From assembly GCA_964016885.1 (NCBI GenBank), contig OZ024741.1, positions 150,598,001-150,662,000 of the forward strand: DNA of 64,000 nt, in the 5' to 3' direction. This stretch comes from Eledone cirrhosa (lineage: Eukaryota). The notes below the pieces were generated by a model. The model saw only the letters and a program-made list of their open reading frames with translations, was not told the DNA's origin and made no database searches. Numbering within the stretch: position 1 is the stretch's first letter; the number at the start of each line of letters is the position of its first letter. Below, in pieces: positions 13,741 through 28,814 of the stretch. The position numbers were made by a program, and so were the translations under genes.

Positions 13741-14512
13741 TATATATAATAAATAGCACAAGAATCATGAAGAACACTATGACATGTTATAAGGTTTTTC
13801 TGCTTAATGAACCAGAAATACGTAGATACACACATACATACTATACACAAACGGACCGACACAAAACTATGGTTATACACACCTACATACAGACGTAGAG
13901 ACAATCATCTTATATAGGGACGCACACATAGGCAGCCATACACGCACAAATAGAAGCAGGCACACACACATATATATATACACACACAAGAGCAAACTGA
14001 TGTTTCAACAGATGCTTGCATGTTTTTCTTCAGTAGATTTTCTACTCATATATTTTTGTATTTTATCAGCTCTTTGAGGATACATGAGTGATATGAAATC
14101 AAGTGTTCAGGGAAACTCAACGATTTAATGCTTAGATTATAATATATATGTTTCTTTATTAGCCACAGGGGCACAAAAGAAGGGGACAAATACAAAGGGG
14201 GAAGTTTACATACAATAAAAACGTGTAAAATGTTATCACAAATGCAATTTAAAAAAATTAGTCGATTTTCCCCAAGAATCCTTTTTCGCCTGCTTCCTAC
14301 TAGCCTAATCTCATACACACTCTTTAGAATTTGCTGTATAGAATTCACTTTCAACGCTTGTTCTACAGGCACGTTCAGCCACCCCCACCTCCCGCCTACT
14401 GCCATGAAAGATTTAATTGTGTTTACAAAAAATGTTAACCAATACTTTTGACAACTACATTGAGTACTCTGGTGCGTTATGGTCCATCTGGTTCCTTACC
14501 ACACCTCCTTCG

Positions 14513-14605
<93 letters not shown>

Positions 14606-14688
14606 TTTATCCCGGGTTCAATCGGGGGTAACTACAGTAAATAAGGTACTCAATACATAGCAGAGTATAAATATTTAATATAGAAATG

Positions 14689-14737
14689 GCTTCTACAGGA
14701 CTAGAACTGTTTCATTCGGGAGAAATCATCAGGAAGC
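14689..14737 (-). ncRNA. Type I hammerhead ribozyme in a fold-back palindrome (14671-14800)
   Basis: Minus strand: GCTTC-CTGATGA-T TTC TCCC GAA T-GAA ACAG TTCTAGTC CTGT A^GAAGC. Stems I and III pair; stem II opens with U.U; cleavage triplet GUA. Confidence 0.7.
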
Positions 14738-14796
14738 TCTGATGATTTCTCCCGAATGAAACAGTTCCAGTCCTCTAGAAGCAATTTCTATATTAA

Positions 14797-17241
<2,445 letters not shown>

Positions 17242-17242
17242 G

Positions 17243-17282
<40 letters not shown>

Positions 17283-17285
<3 letters not shown>

Positions 17286-18509
17286 GGGTTGGACAAAATA
17301 ATGGAAACACCTTAAAATTTCAAACAAATTTATTTGGCAGTAATTACAGCTTGAATTCGTACAAAGTTTGAATTGTTTCCAAAAGAATTTTTGTCCATTC
17401 TTCAGCTAAAACAGTCTCCAGTTCTTGTAGTGATGATGGTGGAAGATATCGACTCCTTACTTGTTTTTCTAAAATGCACCATAAATGTTCAATAATATTG
17501 AGATCTGGGGACTGTGGTGGCCAGATAAGATGTTCAACTTCACTAGAATGTTCCTTGTGCTATTCAGTAACAACTTTAGCTGTGTGAATTGGTGCATTAT
17601 CACCCTGAAAGATTGCGTTTCCATCCGGAAAGGAAACAGTTCCGCAACCATAGGATGAATTTGATCAGATAAAATGCTTAAATAGTCTTGACTATTAATT
17701 CTGCCATGAAGGGAAACCTTTGGGCCGACGGATTTCCAAGATATAGCCCTCCAGATCCTCCTCCATGTTTAACAGTTGGAAGAAGGCAGTCTGAGTCAAA
17801 TGCTTCTTTTGGCTGTCTCCACGCGTATACTCGGGCGGTGGTCAGAAATAAGGTAAAGGATGACTCGTCCGAGAAAATAACATTCTTCCACTGCTCTGGG
17901 GACCAATTCTGTAGCTTTTTACTCCACTCTAAACGCTTTGCAACGTTTGTTTTTGAAAGTAGTGATTTTTTGATTGCAGCCCTCCCGTGAAATCCGGCTT
18001 TGTGCAGCTCCCGGCGAACAAATTTTGTGGAAACTGGGTTCTCGAGGTGGTCATTAAGCTCTGCAGTAATTTTGGTAGCTGTAATTTTGTGATCTTTTCT
18101 AACAATTCGCGTAAGAGTCCGACGGTCCCTATCTGAAAGTTTTGGTTTTCTTCCGGAATTTTGTTTCGACGAGGAGGTTTTTCCCTCTTTCTCAAAGGCT
18201 GTCATTACTTTCGAGACAGTACTTCTTGATACACCAAACATTTCAGCTGTTTTCGATACGCTAGCGCCTGCCATACGAGCGCCAACAATTTGACCTCTTT
18301 GAAAGTCCGATAGATCTGTCATTTTAATGAATTTTAATTACATTTTTCTGTTGATATCTGAAAGAAAAGAGCAATTTTAACAAAACATATTAAGCAACAC
18401 TAATAATAAATAAAAAAACAAAAATAAACAAGCTTTTGACTGTTTTATAGATATTTCAAAATTATGATGCTATGTTGTTAGGTGTTTCCATTATTTTGTC
18501 CAACCCCTG
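17283..18509 (-). mobile_element. Tc1-family DNA transposon with TIRs, inserted in (TA)n
   Basis: TIR CAGGGGTTGGACAAAATAATGGAAACACCT with its inverse at 18480-18509, TA on both flanks. Transposase ORF inside. Confidence 0.95.
17340..18322 (-). pseudogene. Tc1 DDE transposase, frameshifted
   Basis: N-terminal HTH, GRKPK, IFSDES and KHGGGS in 17678-18322. GDNAPIH and WPPQSPDLNIIEHLW continue in another frame, with a stop. Confidence 0.9.
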
Positions 18510-18547
18510 TATATATATATATACAATATGTAGAAAGGGTAACACAC

Positions 18548-18592
<45 letters not shown>

Positions 18593-21194
18593 TGTGCCAT
18601 CAATAAAACAGGGAAACCACCAATGTATAGAATCTATGACCTAAGTAAGCCAGGGTAGACACACAATAATTAAAAATATAAATTAAAATGCGCATACGTA
18701 CCTCTATAACTATATAACACACACATACAAATCCAAAAGGATCTGTTTCGCCAAGAAATTATTGACTGAAATGGAAGCGCCTATGGTTCATCAGCGTGTG
18801 TAAGACAACTACATTCGATATATATATATATAACCAAAGATTAATATGGTTCATTGATTACTCAATGAATATAGTTTTACAATAGATTAAAAGTACTCTA
18901 CATGAAAGTTTTCTGGAGTTATTATTATTCAGAATAATAATAAATGAAGACATTCACATAATCAAAATATATGTTTTATTATATATATTTCGAAGGTACT
19001 GTGCTGTTTTTTCAGTACGTCCTCGGCAGATAAAATACACGAATTGATGTATGACATACCTCAACGGTCTTGAAAGTTCAATTCTAGTATTGGCAGTGAT
19101 TTATTACAACAAATCTCAACATTTATATACCACAAATAATAACATGATAAACTTAGATTTAAAGAAGGAGAGGATGTTGAGCGAGATATGGGTATATGGA
19201 GGGGGTTAATATGAGGAAATGCAAGAAGAAAACAAAATAAACGCATAAATATTAATGCTTTTAATCTATTGTAAAATTATATTCATTGAGTAATCAATGA
19301 ACCATATTAATATTAGTCAAAGAAGGTAGAGCGCTTCTTCTGCAATGGATTATTATTTATAAATGATGGAATTCTTTCGGGTTTCTACATCACTCAAAGA
19401 TATACCTTTACCATCTAACGAGGAATACATGAGAAAACTTATTGGACAAACCAACTCCTTCATAAGAAGAGTGCGGTGGCGTGCTTTTCATTTTGAAAAG
19501 AAAAATGAAAGAAATAGGAAAAACACCAACCATAACTTCGAGAATATTTTTAAATCTAGGAAAACTCCTCCTTACAACAAGCTCCTGGCAAATTTTGAAA
19601 ACGAAATTTTTAATATATTAAGGAATATAAAATAAACAAAATCCCATATAGAGGCCAAAGAATACCTTAGAGGTCTAAGGGAAAAAATTAATGACATAAA
19701 AAAAGTAAATAAAATATTAGTGACATCAGACAAAACCAACAACCTATATGGGATTGAAAAAAACAAAATATAATGACTTAATTTTAAAAGAATTGAGAAA
19801 AAAATTACAGGAAGACCCCGAGTGAGGATTTATTGGATATCAATAATTATCACCAATCTTGGATTAGAATGGAAGACCGAACCATAACAAGGCAACCGCG
19901 GATAAATTTTAAAGACCACAAAAGGAATTTTGAAGAGGACTTACCTGTTAGACTTATTTCCCCTTCGAAATCAGATCTTGGAATAATTAGTAAAAGCATA
20001 ATAGATAGGATTTTGCCAACGTTAAAATTGAGGTCAAGGCTTAACCTATCGAAGGGCACTAGTGAAGTCATAGATTGGTTCAATAATATCGAAAATAAGA
20101 AAAATCATAAATTCATTCAAATGGACATAGCGAGTTTTTATTTCTCAATAACTCCTAACTTAAGGCGTTTTCTTATGCATATAAACACACGGATCTATCT
20201 AGGGACGAGATAAATATCATTTTAACGGCAAGGCGAACCTTGATCGATTTTAATAATGATTTTTGCACTAGAACTGATAGGCTGAAGAACTTTGACATTA
20301 CTATGGGCTCGTCTGATTCGGCGCAAGTTACCGATCTTGTGGGAATTTTCATCCTTAATATGATAAATAGAAAACTGCCGGAGATTACCTGTGGTTTATA
20401 TAGAGACGACATATTATTTACTCTAGATAGACATAGTAATAGCGAATTAAATAGAGTAAAGAAAGTAATTATAGAATTCTTTAAAAACTATGACCTGAAA
20501 TTAGAAGTAGAAAATAACAATAAAATAGTTAATTTTTTAGATGTAACTCTTAACTTGAACTCAGGCCTCTATTACCCCTTTCATAAACTCAATGAAAACT
20601 TAAATTATGTTAGTTTTTACTCTAATCATCCTAAAAGTGTTAAAAATGCAATAGTCAACAGTGTCCAACAACGAATATCCAGACTATCTGCTAATAGATC
20701 CATATTTAATAGTAAAGCAGTATATTATAATGAAGCGTTACATAAAGCAGGATATAAAAATAATATTGAATATGTAGAAAAAAATAATATTAATTATAAT
20801 CGCAGTATTCATAATAACCATAATGGAATTGACTGTAAAAACAACAACTTGAGGAATAAATTGTGGAAAAAAATAAGGACTAGATTTATAATTTGGTATG
20901 CTCCGCCAGCATCTTTAGCTATTAAAACACCTTTAGCACATTTATTTTTTTAAGCCTTGGATAAATGTTTCCCTAGATCACATAAGTATTACTCTATCTT
21001 CAATAGACACACAGTTAAACTCTCTTATTCAGCAACTATAAATATTGCTCAAAATATAGCAAAAGTAAATAGTAAAAATCTTAATTTGAACCAGCACATA
21101 ATTAGCGATAATAACAATAATAATAATAATACATTAGTTAATTGGAATAACAATAATAATAGTTTAAATACGAATAATAGTAGAACATCTCTAA

Positions 21195-21391
21195 ATAATA
21201 ATAATAATTGTTTCTACTTTTGGCACAAGGCCAGCAATTACCCAGTGTATTACTGGTACTTTATTTTATCGACCCCGTAAGGATGAAAGGCAAAGTTAAC
21301 CTCGGCGGGATTTGAACTCAGAATGGCAAGGGCCGTAACTCTATGCGTCAAAGCATGGTGTCCCATTCTCTACCGATACTGCCAATCCACC
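21195..21391 (-). mobile_element. Full-length SINE S1 inserted in the (AAT)n/Asn-rich linker of the PLE
   Basis: Reverse complement of 51904-52092; interrupts the PLE ORF before the GIY-YIG motif. Confidence 0.9.
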
Positions 21392-22938
21392 AATACATAT
21401 GTCTACATTGGTGCCACTTCATCTAAGTTTAAGTTTCGCTTTTACAATCATAAACATTCCTTTTCTAATCCAGATAAAAAATGTTCTACATCACTCTCAC
21501 AATTAATATCGTCTTTGAAGGGAAAAAAATATCAAATACTCAATTTCTTTTAGTAAATTAAAGAATTCTGATTCCTACCGAAATGCATCCATTTCACCAA
21601 ATTGCAATCTTTGCAATATAGAGACTCTATTGATAATTACAAATTATGATAATTTAATTAATAAGAAAAATTAGTTATTTAGCAGCTGTCAACATAAGTC
21701 TGGAAGAACTTTTCAAGCATTATACAAATTTTGAAAAAATATTGACTATTAATAATTCTTAAAAAATTATATATATAACGTTTTGCCTTACCGGTAAAAA
21801 TTATTTGTCGTTTTTATCTAGTAAATTAATTTCATGATGTGTATCAGTATCCTATGTTTGGATTTAGAAAGGTCATTGTTTAACTAGAAATTTCTTGATT
21901 TGTGGTTTGAAATATTCTTTGGTTTTCAGAATACTTAAATATTTTAAACGAGTTATCTTCCTTTACTCTTTTACCTGTTTCAGCCATCTGGCTGAGGCCA
22001 TGCTGGGGCACCGTCCTTTGTTTACATTCTTCGTAAATATTTTTGTTCTGTCCGAATAGCTTGCTAAAGTATATTTAACATGATTTATACAGTTTAATAA
22101 TATATGGTAATCCTTAAAGGGAAACTATATATAATAATAAGTAATTATGAAAGTAAATTAGAAATAATAAAACTTTTGAGAATAAATATAACTACAAATT
22201 AATCCTGTAAGGAAATGACAATCAATGAATTGAAATGATTTTATAAAGAAAATAGAATAATTCAGATAAAAAATGATCTTAATATAATATAAAATATATA
22301 TACTGATGGTGATATATGCATATGTTTTAATAAATATCTTTATACATATTTAATAATTATTTAAATATGCTTTAAAGATAAAAATGTTTTTAAATGCTGT
22401 AACAAAATATTTAATGAATATATTACTTAATTAAAATATGTATCTGATTGCTATAGAAAATATTTTTATATGGTTTAATTTTGATATAATATATAAGTAT
22501 AATTAGCATAAACATAACCAAATACAAAAGATATTAAACATTTCATGTTATTTAATTGGTTGCCTCAATTTGACTTAATATTTGAAAACAACGGTCTTTA
22601 TACCTTTCCTTGTCATTTCTTTCTTTCTTTTTTGTCGTTATTTCTTCTTTCTTCCTCTCTCGTATCTCTTTCTTCCTTTTTCCTTTTATATATTTATTCC
22701 CTAATACTTCTATTTACTCATTTAAATATTTATGCGTTTATTTTTCTTCTTGCATTTCCTCATATTAACCCCCTCCATATACCGATATCTCGCTCAACAT
22801 TCTCTTCTTCTTTAAATCTAAGTTTATCATGTTATTATTTGTGGTATATAAATGTTGAGATTTGTTGTAATAAATCATTGCCAATACTGGAATTGAACTT
22901 TCAAGACCGTTGAGGTATCTCATACATCAATTCATCTA

Positions 22939-23004
22939 TTTTATCTGACGAGGATGTACTGAAAAAAAAAACAGCACAGTACATTCGAAATATATATAAT
23001 AAAA
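22939..23004 (+). ncRNA. Minimal type I hammerhead ribozyme in the PLE 3' pLTR (inverted copy at 18974-19035 has mutated core CTGCCGA)
   Basis: TTTTAT-CTGACGA-GGATGTACTG...CAGTACATTC-GAAA-TATATA-TA^ATAAAA, with a palindromic stem III. Confidence 0.82.
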
Positions 23005-23054
23005 CATATTTTGATTATGTGAATATCTTCATTTATCATTATTCTGAATAAGTA

Positions 23055-23103
<49 letters not shown>

Positions 23104-23116
23104 GAAAATGTCTGTC

Positions 23117-23212
<96 letters not shown>

Positions 23213-23695
23213 TGTCTGTTCCACAACAACTTTTGATCCGCAAGGCCGATTTTCAAAATTCTTTTTGTAATCAACCACAAATTTATCAGGGCAGGTCGGC
23301 ACAACATTGCGAATGATCGACTTCCCTTTGTTCAGGTAAAAAAAATCGATAAAACTGACTATAGGTACGACTTTGCACAGAAAAAATCTCTATATCTATA
23401 AAAATGAAAAAGAAAGAGTGAGAGTGAAAGAAACAGACACACTAAAAGAGGGGAATAACGGGAGAGAGAGAGAGATAGAAAGAGAGAACGACAGACGCTG
23501 TGTTTGATACATGACAGAGGAAGAGGGGAAGGAAAGCTATAACTAATTAACATGTGTGCGTGTGTGTGTGCCTGCGCGCGCGTGCGTGTGTGTGTGTGTT
23601 CGTGCAGCCTTCCAGTAAGAGTTAAATCTATTAACATGTGTGTGTACGTGTAGATGTGCGTGAGTTTGCGTGCGTTTAGGCGTTTGCGTGCGTGA

Positions 23696-23750
<55 letters not shown>

Positions 23751-23792
23751 AGAATATTTTCGAAACAGCGAGTGGGTTTGAAATTATTAGAA

Positions 23793-23994
23793 ATGTAAGT
23801 TATCGTCGTAGTTTGACTTAAGAAATTAAAGAAATTATTTAGCCTGATAGTGGGGTTAAGAACCCTCGGAGAAATGGAAAAAGATGAGTATTGACGTACA
23901 TGGGAGTCAATACTCATCTTTTTCCATTTCTCTGAGGGTTCTTAACCCAACTATCAGGCTAAATAATTTCTTTAATCAAAATACGGCGATAACT

Positions 23995-23999
<5 letters not shown>
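23793..23999. repeat. Fold-back inverted repeat (arms about 100 bp) between (TA)n tracts
   Basis: ATGTAAGTTATCG..GATGAGTATTGAC / GTCAATACTCATC..CGATAACTTACAT. Confidence 0.85.
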
Positions 24000-24039
<40 letters not shown>

Positions 24040-24780
24040 AGATTTGAATGGATACAGTTTAGTTGAAAGGAATTTATTGACACGTGTTTCTATAACAGTT
24101 ACATAACCTAAAACAGCTATCTACAAACTTTTAGTTATGCAGACATTCAATATTTCAATGTTATTATTTACTGTCATTTCATCAGAATAATATTACTGAG
24201 GACCTATTTAGTTTTTATAGAGAATATTAGGAGGAAGGGGTGAAGTTGTTAGAAGAATAGTTGAAGGAGTGGTTTTTCGATAGCAGTGAGAATTCTTGGT
24301 GGCAGTGATTAATTAGATTCCCATCTGTTGTTTTGACATTTTTATAGAATATATTATTGGTTATTTTTCTAAATCTATAGAAGGATTAGAGATAGTAAAG
24401 ATATGCGTGGTTGGTTTTGTGTTTGCACTTAACATTCAGACTTAAATTTTTCTTTCAAGTGTACGTATTCTTTCACCCACGCATTCACACACAAATATAT
24501 TTGCACACCTCTACAAAAATACATATACTCACAATTCACATATTCATACTTACATATATATACACATGCATACACATATATATACACACATGTATTCATG
24601 TACATACATACGCGCTCATGTGTATACATTTTCATACTCAACTTATCTTTATATATACACACGTATAGACACACACATATATACATACATACTCTAGTCC
24701 ATGTGTACACACATACACATACATACACATCCATATACACATACATACATACACATATATATATACATATATACATATAC

Positions 24781-24811
<31 letters not shown>

Positions 24812-24834
24812 CACATACATATATACACACATAT

Positions 24835-24869
<35 letters not shown>

Positions 24870-25140
24870 AGCACTTTAATACATGAATACACTTACATCT
24901 AACTATACACATCAAACATATATATATATTTACTTATTTATATACATTTTCACATATATATACACATACTTATGGACGTTTTTAGACACATTCATTATCG
25001 CATATTTGTACCTATTCTCATCAGCATATCTTTTCATTATTAGTATGGTAATTTAAGGTTATTAATATATGTTGAAAAGAGATTGTTTTTATATTTTTCT
25101 AACTAGATTAAGGTTTATATAGTTGGGGGATGTCCCTCTT

Positions 25141-25800
25141 TTATGTAATATTCGGCTTGTAGTGGGAAAAAAGGGTTTTAGTTCTGTGACGGCAGAATAA
25201 TGTTCGTTCAATTCTGTTATTCAGCAGTTTCTTCTTGTGTGTGATTATGTAATAAATCTCAAGATTACACAATTTGCAGAAATTTTGGCTCCGGGAAAAG
25301 CTTTGGGTTTTAGCTAATTTTTCCCATTTTAGGGTAAACTTTTGATTGCTATCCCTGAGCGTCCAAGCTTTCTCTGCTAAAGTTGTTACATTTCTTTGGC
25401 TCTGGTGTTTTATTGAGTAAGAATGCCTATACAATCGAGATTTAAACGATGTTGCCGTTGATCCCACGTAATACCACTCGTTGCCTCCGGATTTAATGGT
25501 ACACTTATAAATAATATTTTTTTCCAGGCAGTTATTGCCGAGGGGGCAGTTGTCAGGATAGGTGCAGTTACAGTTGTGTACGTTGGGTTTTCTCTGGAGT
25601 AGTATTGCGGACGAACTTAGGTGTGGTTTATTTATGTTCTGTAGTGTATTGTCTACTGTTTTTTTGGGGTTCTTTGTACTTAAGTTCTTAGTGTTTTCGT
25701 TTAACCTTCTAGTATTGATCTTTTTTATGTGTTGTTCAAGGTTTAACGCTGTAGAGTATGACAGTCTTATAGTGGTAGGGTTTAGGATTTTGTGGTATTT
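25141..25800 (-). mobile_element. 3' fragment of a second PLE (linker + GIY-YIG endonuclease)
   Basis: Minus-strand TIRLSYST, CNCTYPDNCPLGNNCLEKNIIYKCTI, YYVGSTATSFKSRLYRH, CKLCNLE and CRHR. Confidence 0.85.
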
Positions 25801-25849
25801 GTGTGATGTATATATATATGTGGTATTTGTGTGATGTATATATATATAT

Positions 25850-27057
25850 AATTAAGTTAGAAGTGTACATCCACATATGTATACTGAAATACTAGTATGC
25901 ATATAAATACACACACGTATACATATGTAGATGTACCGAGTTTTTCACTGGACACTTTACTGTGAGTGTTCAGCTAGTCTGTATGTAAACACACAGACAA
26001 ACCGGTTTTTAGAGTCATACTGGTTTTCGAGGAAACACCTTTCCTCTATTCTCCAGAGGGCCAGACAGGAATATTGGACTAGTTTCGATGTTGTTACATC
26101 TCATCAGCAATATATACCCATCCTCCGGCCCCTCTAGAGAATTGTAAAAGCACATATCGTTATATGCTTTTTCTATGAAAATTAGTAGTGGGCAGACTAA
26201 TTTGCATAGAGCATGAGTACGTACCGGTTCAGCGGAAGCGATAAAAACAAATAACGAAACGAAATTAAATTTCGCTTCGTTTGTAACTCACTTTTGTATG
26301 ACTGACGCTTAAACAATTAAGTTAGAAGTGTACATCCACATATGTATACTGAAATACTAGTATGCATATAAATACACACACGTATACATATGTAGATGTA
26401 CCGAGTTTTTCACTGGACACTTTACTGTGAGTGTTCAGCTAGTCTGTATGTAAACACACAGACAAACCGGTTTTTAGAGTCATACTGGTTTTCGAGGAAA
26501 CACCTTTCCTCTATTCTAACTTAATTGTTTAAGCGTCAGTCATACAAAAGTGAGTTACAAACGAAGCGAAATTTAATTTCGTTTCGTTATTTGTTTTTAT
26601 CACTTCCGCTGAACCGGTACGTACTCACGCTCTATGCAAATTAGTCTGCCCACTACTAATTTTCATAGAAAAAGCATATAACGATATGTGCTTTTACAAT
26701 TCTCTAGAGGGGCCGGAGGATGGGTATATATTGCTGATGAGATGTAACAACATCGAAACTAGTCCAATATTCCTGTCTGGCCCTCTGGAGAATAGAGGAA
26801 AGGTGTTTCCTCGAAAACCAGTATGACTCTAAAAACCGGTTTGTCTGTGTGTTTACATACAGACTAGCTGAACACTCACAGTAAAGTGTCCAGTGAAAAA
26901 CTCGGTACATCTACATATGTATACGTGTGTGTATTTATATGCATACTAGTATTTCAGTATACATATGTGGATGTACACTTCTAACTTAATTGTTTAAGCG
27001 TCAGTCATACAAAAGTGAGTTAGAAACGAAGCGAAATTTAATTTCGTTTCGTTATTT

Positions 27058-27061
<4 letters not shown>
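25850..27061. mobile_element. Non-coding 465-bp hammerhead-containing unit: about 1.4 tandem copies followed by about 1.2 inverted copies (retrozyme / mini-PLE-like)
   Basis: Unit start AATTAAGTTAGAAGTG at 25850 and again at 26315. The inversion begins at 26514 (TTCT microhomology) and crosses the unit junction twice. (TA)n on both flanks. Confidence 0.85.
26728..26770 (+). ncRNA. Minimal type I hammerhead ribozyme with perfect core (identical copy on - at 26071-26113)
   Basis: ATATTG-CTGATGA-GATGT AACA ACATC-GAAA-CTAG-TC^CAATAT; GUC triplet, palindromic ACTAGT stem III. Confidence 0.92.
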
Positions 27062-27121
<60 letters not shown>

Positions 27122-27127
<6 letters not shown>

Positions 27128-27530
27128 CTTCAAAATATTAATAAATATAGACATTCATGTGATCAAATATATTTTATTATACATATTTCAGAGGTACTGA
27201 GCTATTTCATCAGTACGTCCTCATCAGATAAAATAAATTGATGTCTGACATACCTCAACTGTGGCGATGGCCAAGAGTGGAATTGAAACATCACCACAGT
27301 TGAGGTATGTCAGACATCAATTTATTTTATCTGATGAGGACGTACTGATGAAATAGCTCAGTACCTCTGAAATATGTATAATAAAATATATTTGATCACA
27401 TGAATGTCTATATTTATTAATATTTTGAAGTAATATTAATAACTCCAGAAATCCTAACTGTTGAGTGCTTCTAATCTATTGTAAAACTTTATTCATTAAT
27501 TACTCAATGAACCTTGTTAAATTTTTGATT
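27122..27530. mobile_element. Solo PLE pseudo-LTR fold-back with two hammerheads (27172-27233 -, 27325-27386 +)
   Basis: Arms of about 140 bp are inverted. Motif TTTTAT-CTGATGA-GGACGTACTG..CAGTACCTCT-GAAA-TATGTA-TA^ATAAAA. Homologous to the pLTR of the 18.8-23.0 kb PLE, and runs on into sequence matching that element's 5' region. Confidence 0.85.
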
Positions 27531-27555
27531 ATATATATATATATATGTATATAAG

Positions 27556-28814
27556 GGAAGACTTTTGTCATAAGGCTTCTCCTTGTCAAGGTTCGACAGC
27601 ACAGACACGTAGCACTTGCTGTTGCGTCTTCAGGTATTGCAGCAACCTTGCTTCCTGGGGGCAGGACAGCACATTCAGCCTTCAAACTGCCCCTCAATAT
27701 GACAGCAAATGACACACCCTGCTGTAATATTACCAAAGGATCAGAAAAGGCAGAACTGCTTAAAAGGTGTGAAATTATAGTTTGGGACGAATGTACCATG
27801 GCTCATAAAGGAGCTTTGGAGGCACTGGACCGGACTTTAAGAGACATAAGAGACTCCCAAGATCCCATGGGAGGCGTGACTGTCCTTTTATTCGGAGATG
27901 TTAGACAAACCCTCCCTGTTATTCCCAAAGGAACAAGGGCTGATGCTATTCGAGCATGCTTAAAGTCATCTCCATTTTGGCGTTATGTCACAACATTAAC
28001 GCTCTCTACGAACATGAGAGCTCGGATGCTTGGTGACCAGGTGTCATCAGATATTGCTACCAACCTATTGACACTTGGAAACGGCAAAGTGCCACTTGAT
28101 GAAGATGAAAAAATCTCCCTCGAACCGGTCTGCACTTTAGTCGACAGTGCTGACGACATGACAGATGCAGTATTCCCTGAGTTGAGCACTAACTACCAAA
28201 ATCCAAACTGGCTGTGTGAAAGGGCAATACTGGCTCCGAAAAATGAGATTGTCGACAAAATCAACGGACAACTGCTTAAGTCTCTTCCTACAGCATCGTG
28301 TACATACAAGTCCATCGATACAGTCACAGACCCCATTAACTACCCAATTGAGTTTCTTAACTCATTGAACCCCTCCGGGTTGCCATCTCATCGATTGGAA
28401 CTTAAGCAAGGATGCCCAATTATGCTTTTGAGGAATCTACACCCACCAAAACTCTGCAACGGCACCCGCTTTACAGTAAATAAACTAACGCAAAACTTCA
28501 TCGAGGCGACGATTCTCTCGGGGTGTGGAAAGGGGGGAAATCTTTTTATCCCAAGGATTCCCCTTTGTCCGTCAAAATCAGAGATCCCCTTTTCATTTAG
28601 GAGGCTCCAATTTCCAGTTCGTTGTAGTTTCGCTATGACGATAAATAAGTCTCAGGGGAAAACATTGTCCGTCGCAGGAATAAACCTAGAAGAGCCACGC
28701 TTTTCGCACGGTCAGCTATACGTTGGACATTCCAGAGTGGGAAGCAAAAGAAACCTTTATGCATTTGCTCCAAACGGTAAAACCACAAACATTGTGTGCA
28801 AAGAAGTTCTGTAA
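27556..28814 (+). pseudogene. Helitron Pif1-like helicase, C-terminal part (5'-truncated at Walker A by (TA)n)
   Basis: GKTFV, SGIAATLLPGGRTAHSAFKLP, IVWDEC, GDVRQTLPV, RAILAPKN, LCNGTR, RLQFPV, TINKSQG and HGQLYV. Confidence 0.92.

Larger units (their letters stand above)
18836..23050 (+). mobile_element. Penelope-like element (YRDD-type RT + GIY-YIG), degraded, with inverted 5' pseudo-LTR
   Basis: SLKDIPLPS..FIRRVRWRAF, DIASFY, ITMGS, GLYRDD, FLDVTL and YIGATSSKFKFRFYNH. About 18950-19255 is the inverse of the 3' pLTR (about 22720-23030), and 18836-18900 is the inverse of 19255-19310. Confidence 0.88.

Noticed and set aside
25931-26910. Identical 68-aa ORFs on both strands
   Set aside because: A consequence of the inverted duplication; they overlap the hammerhead on its antisense strand and show no recognisable motif.
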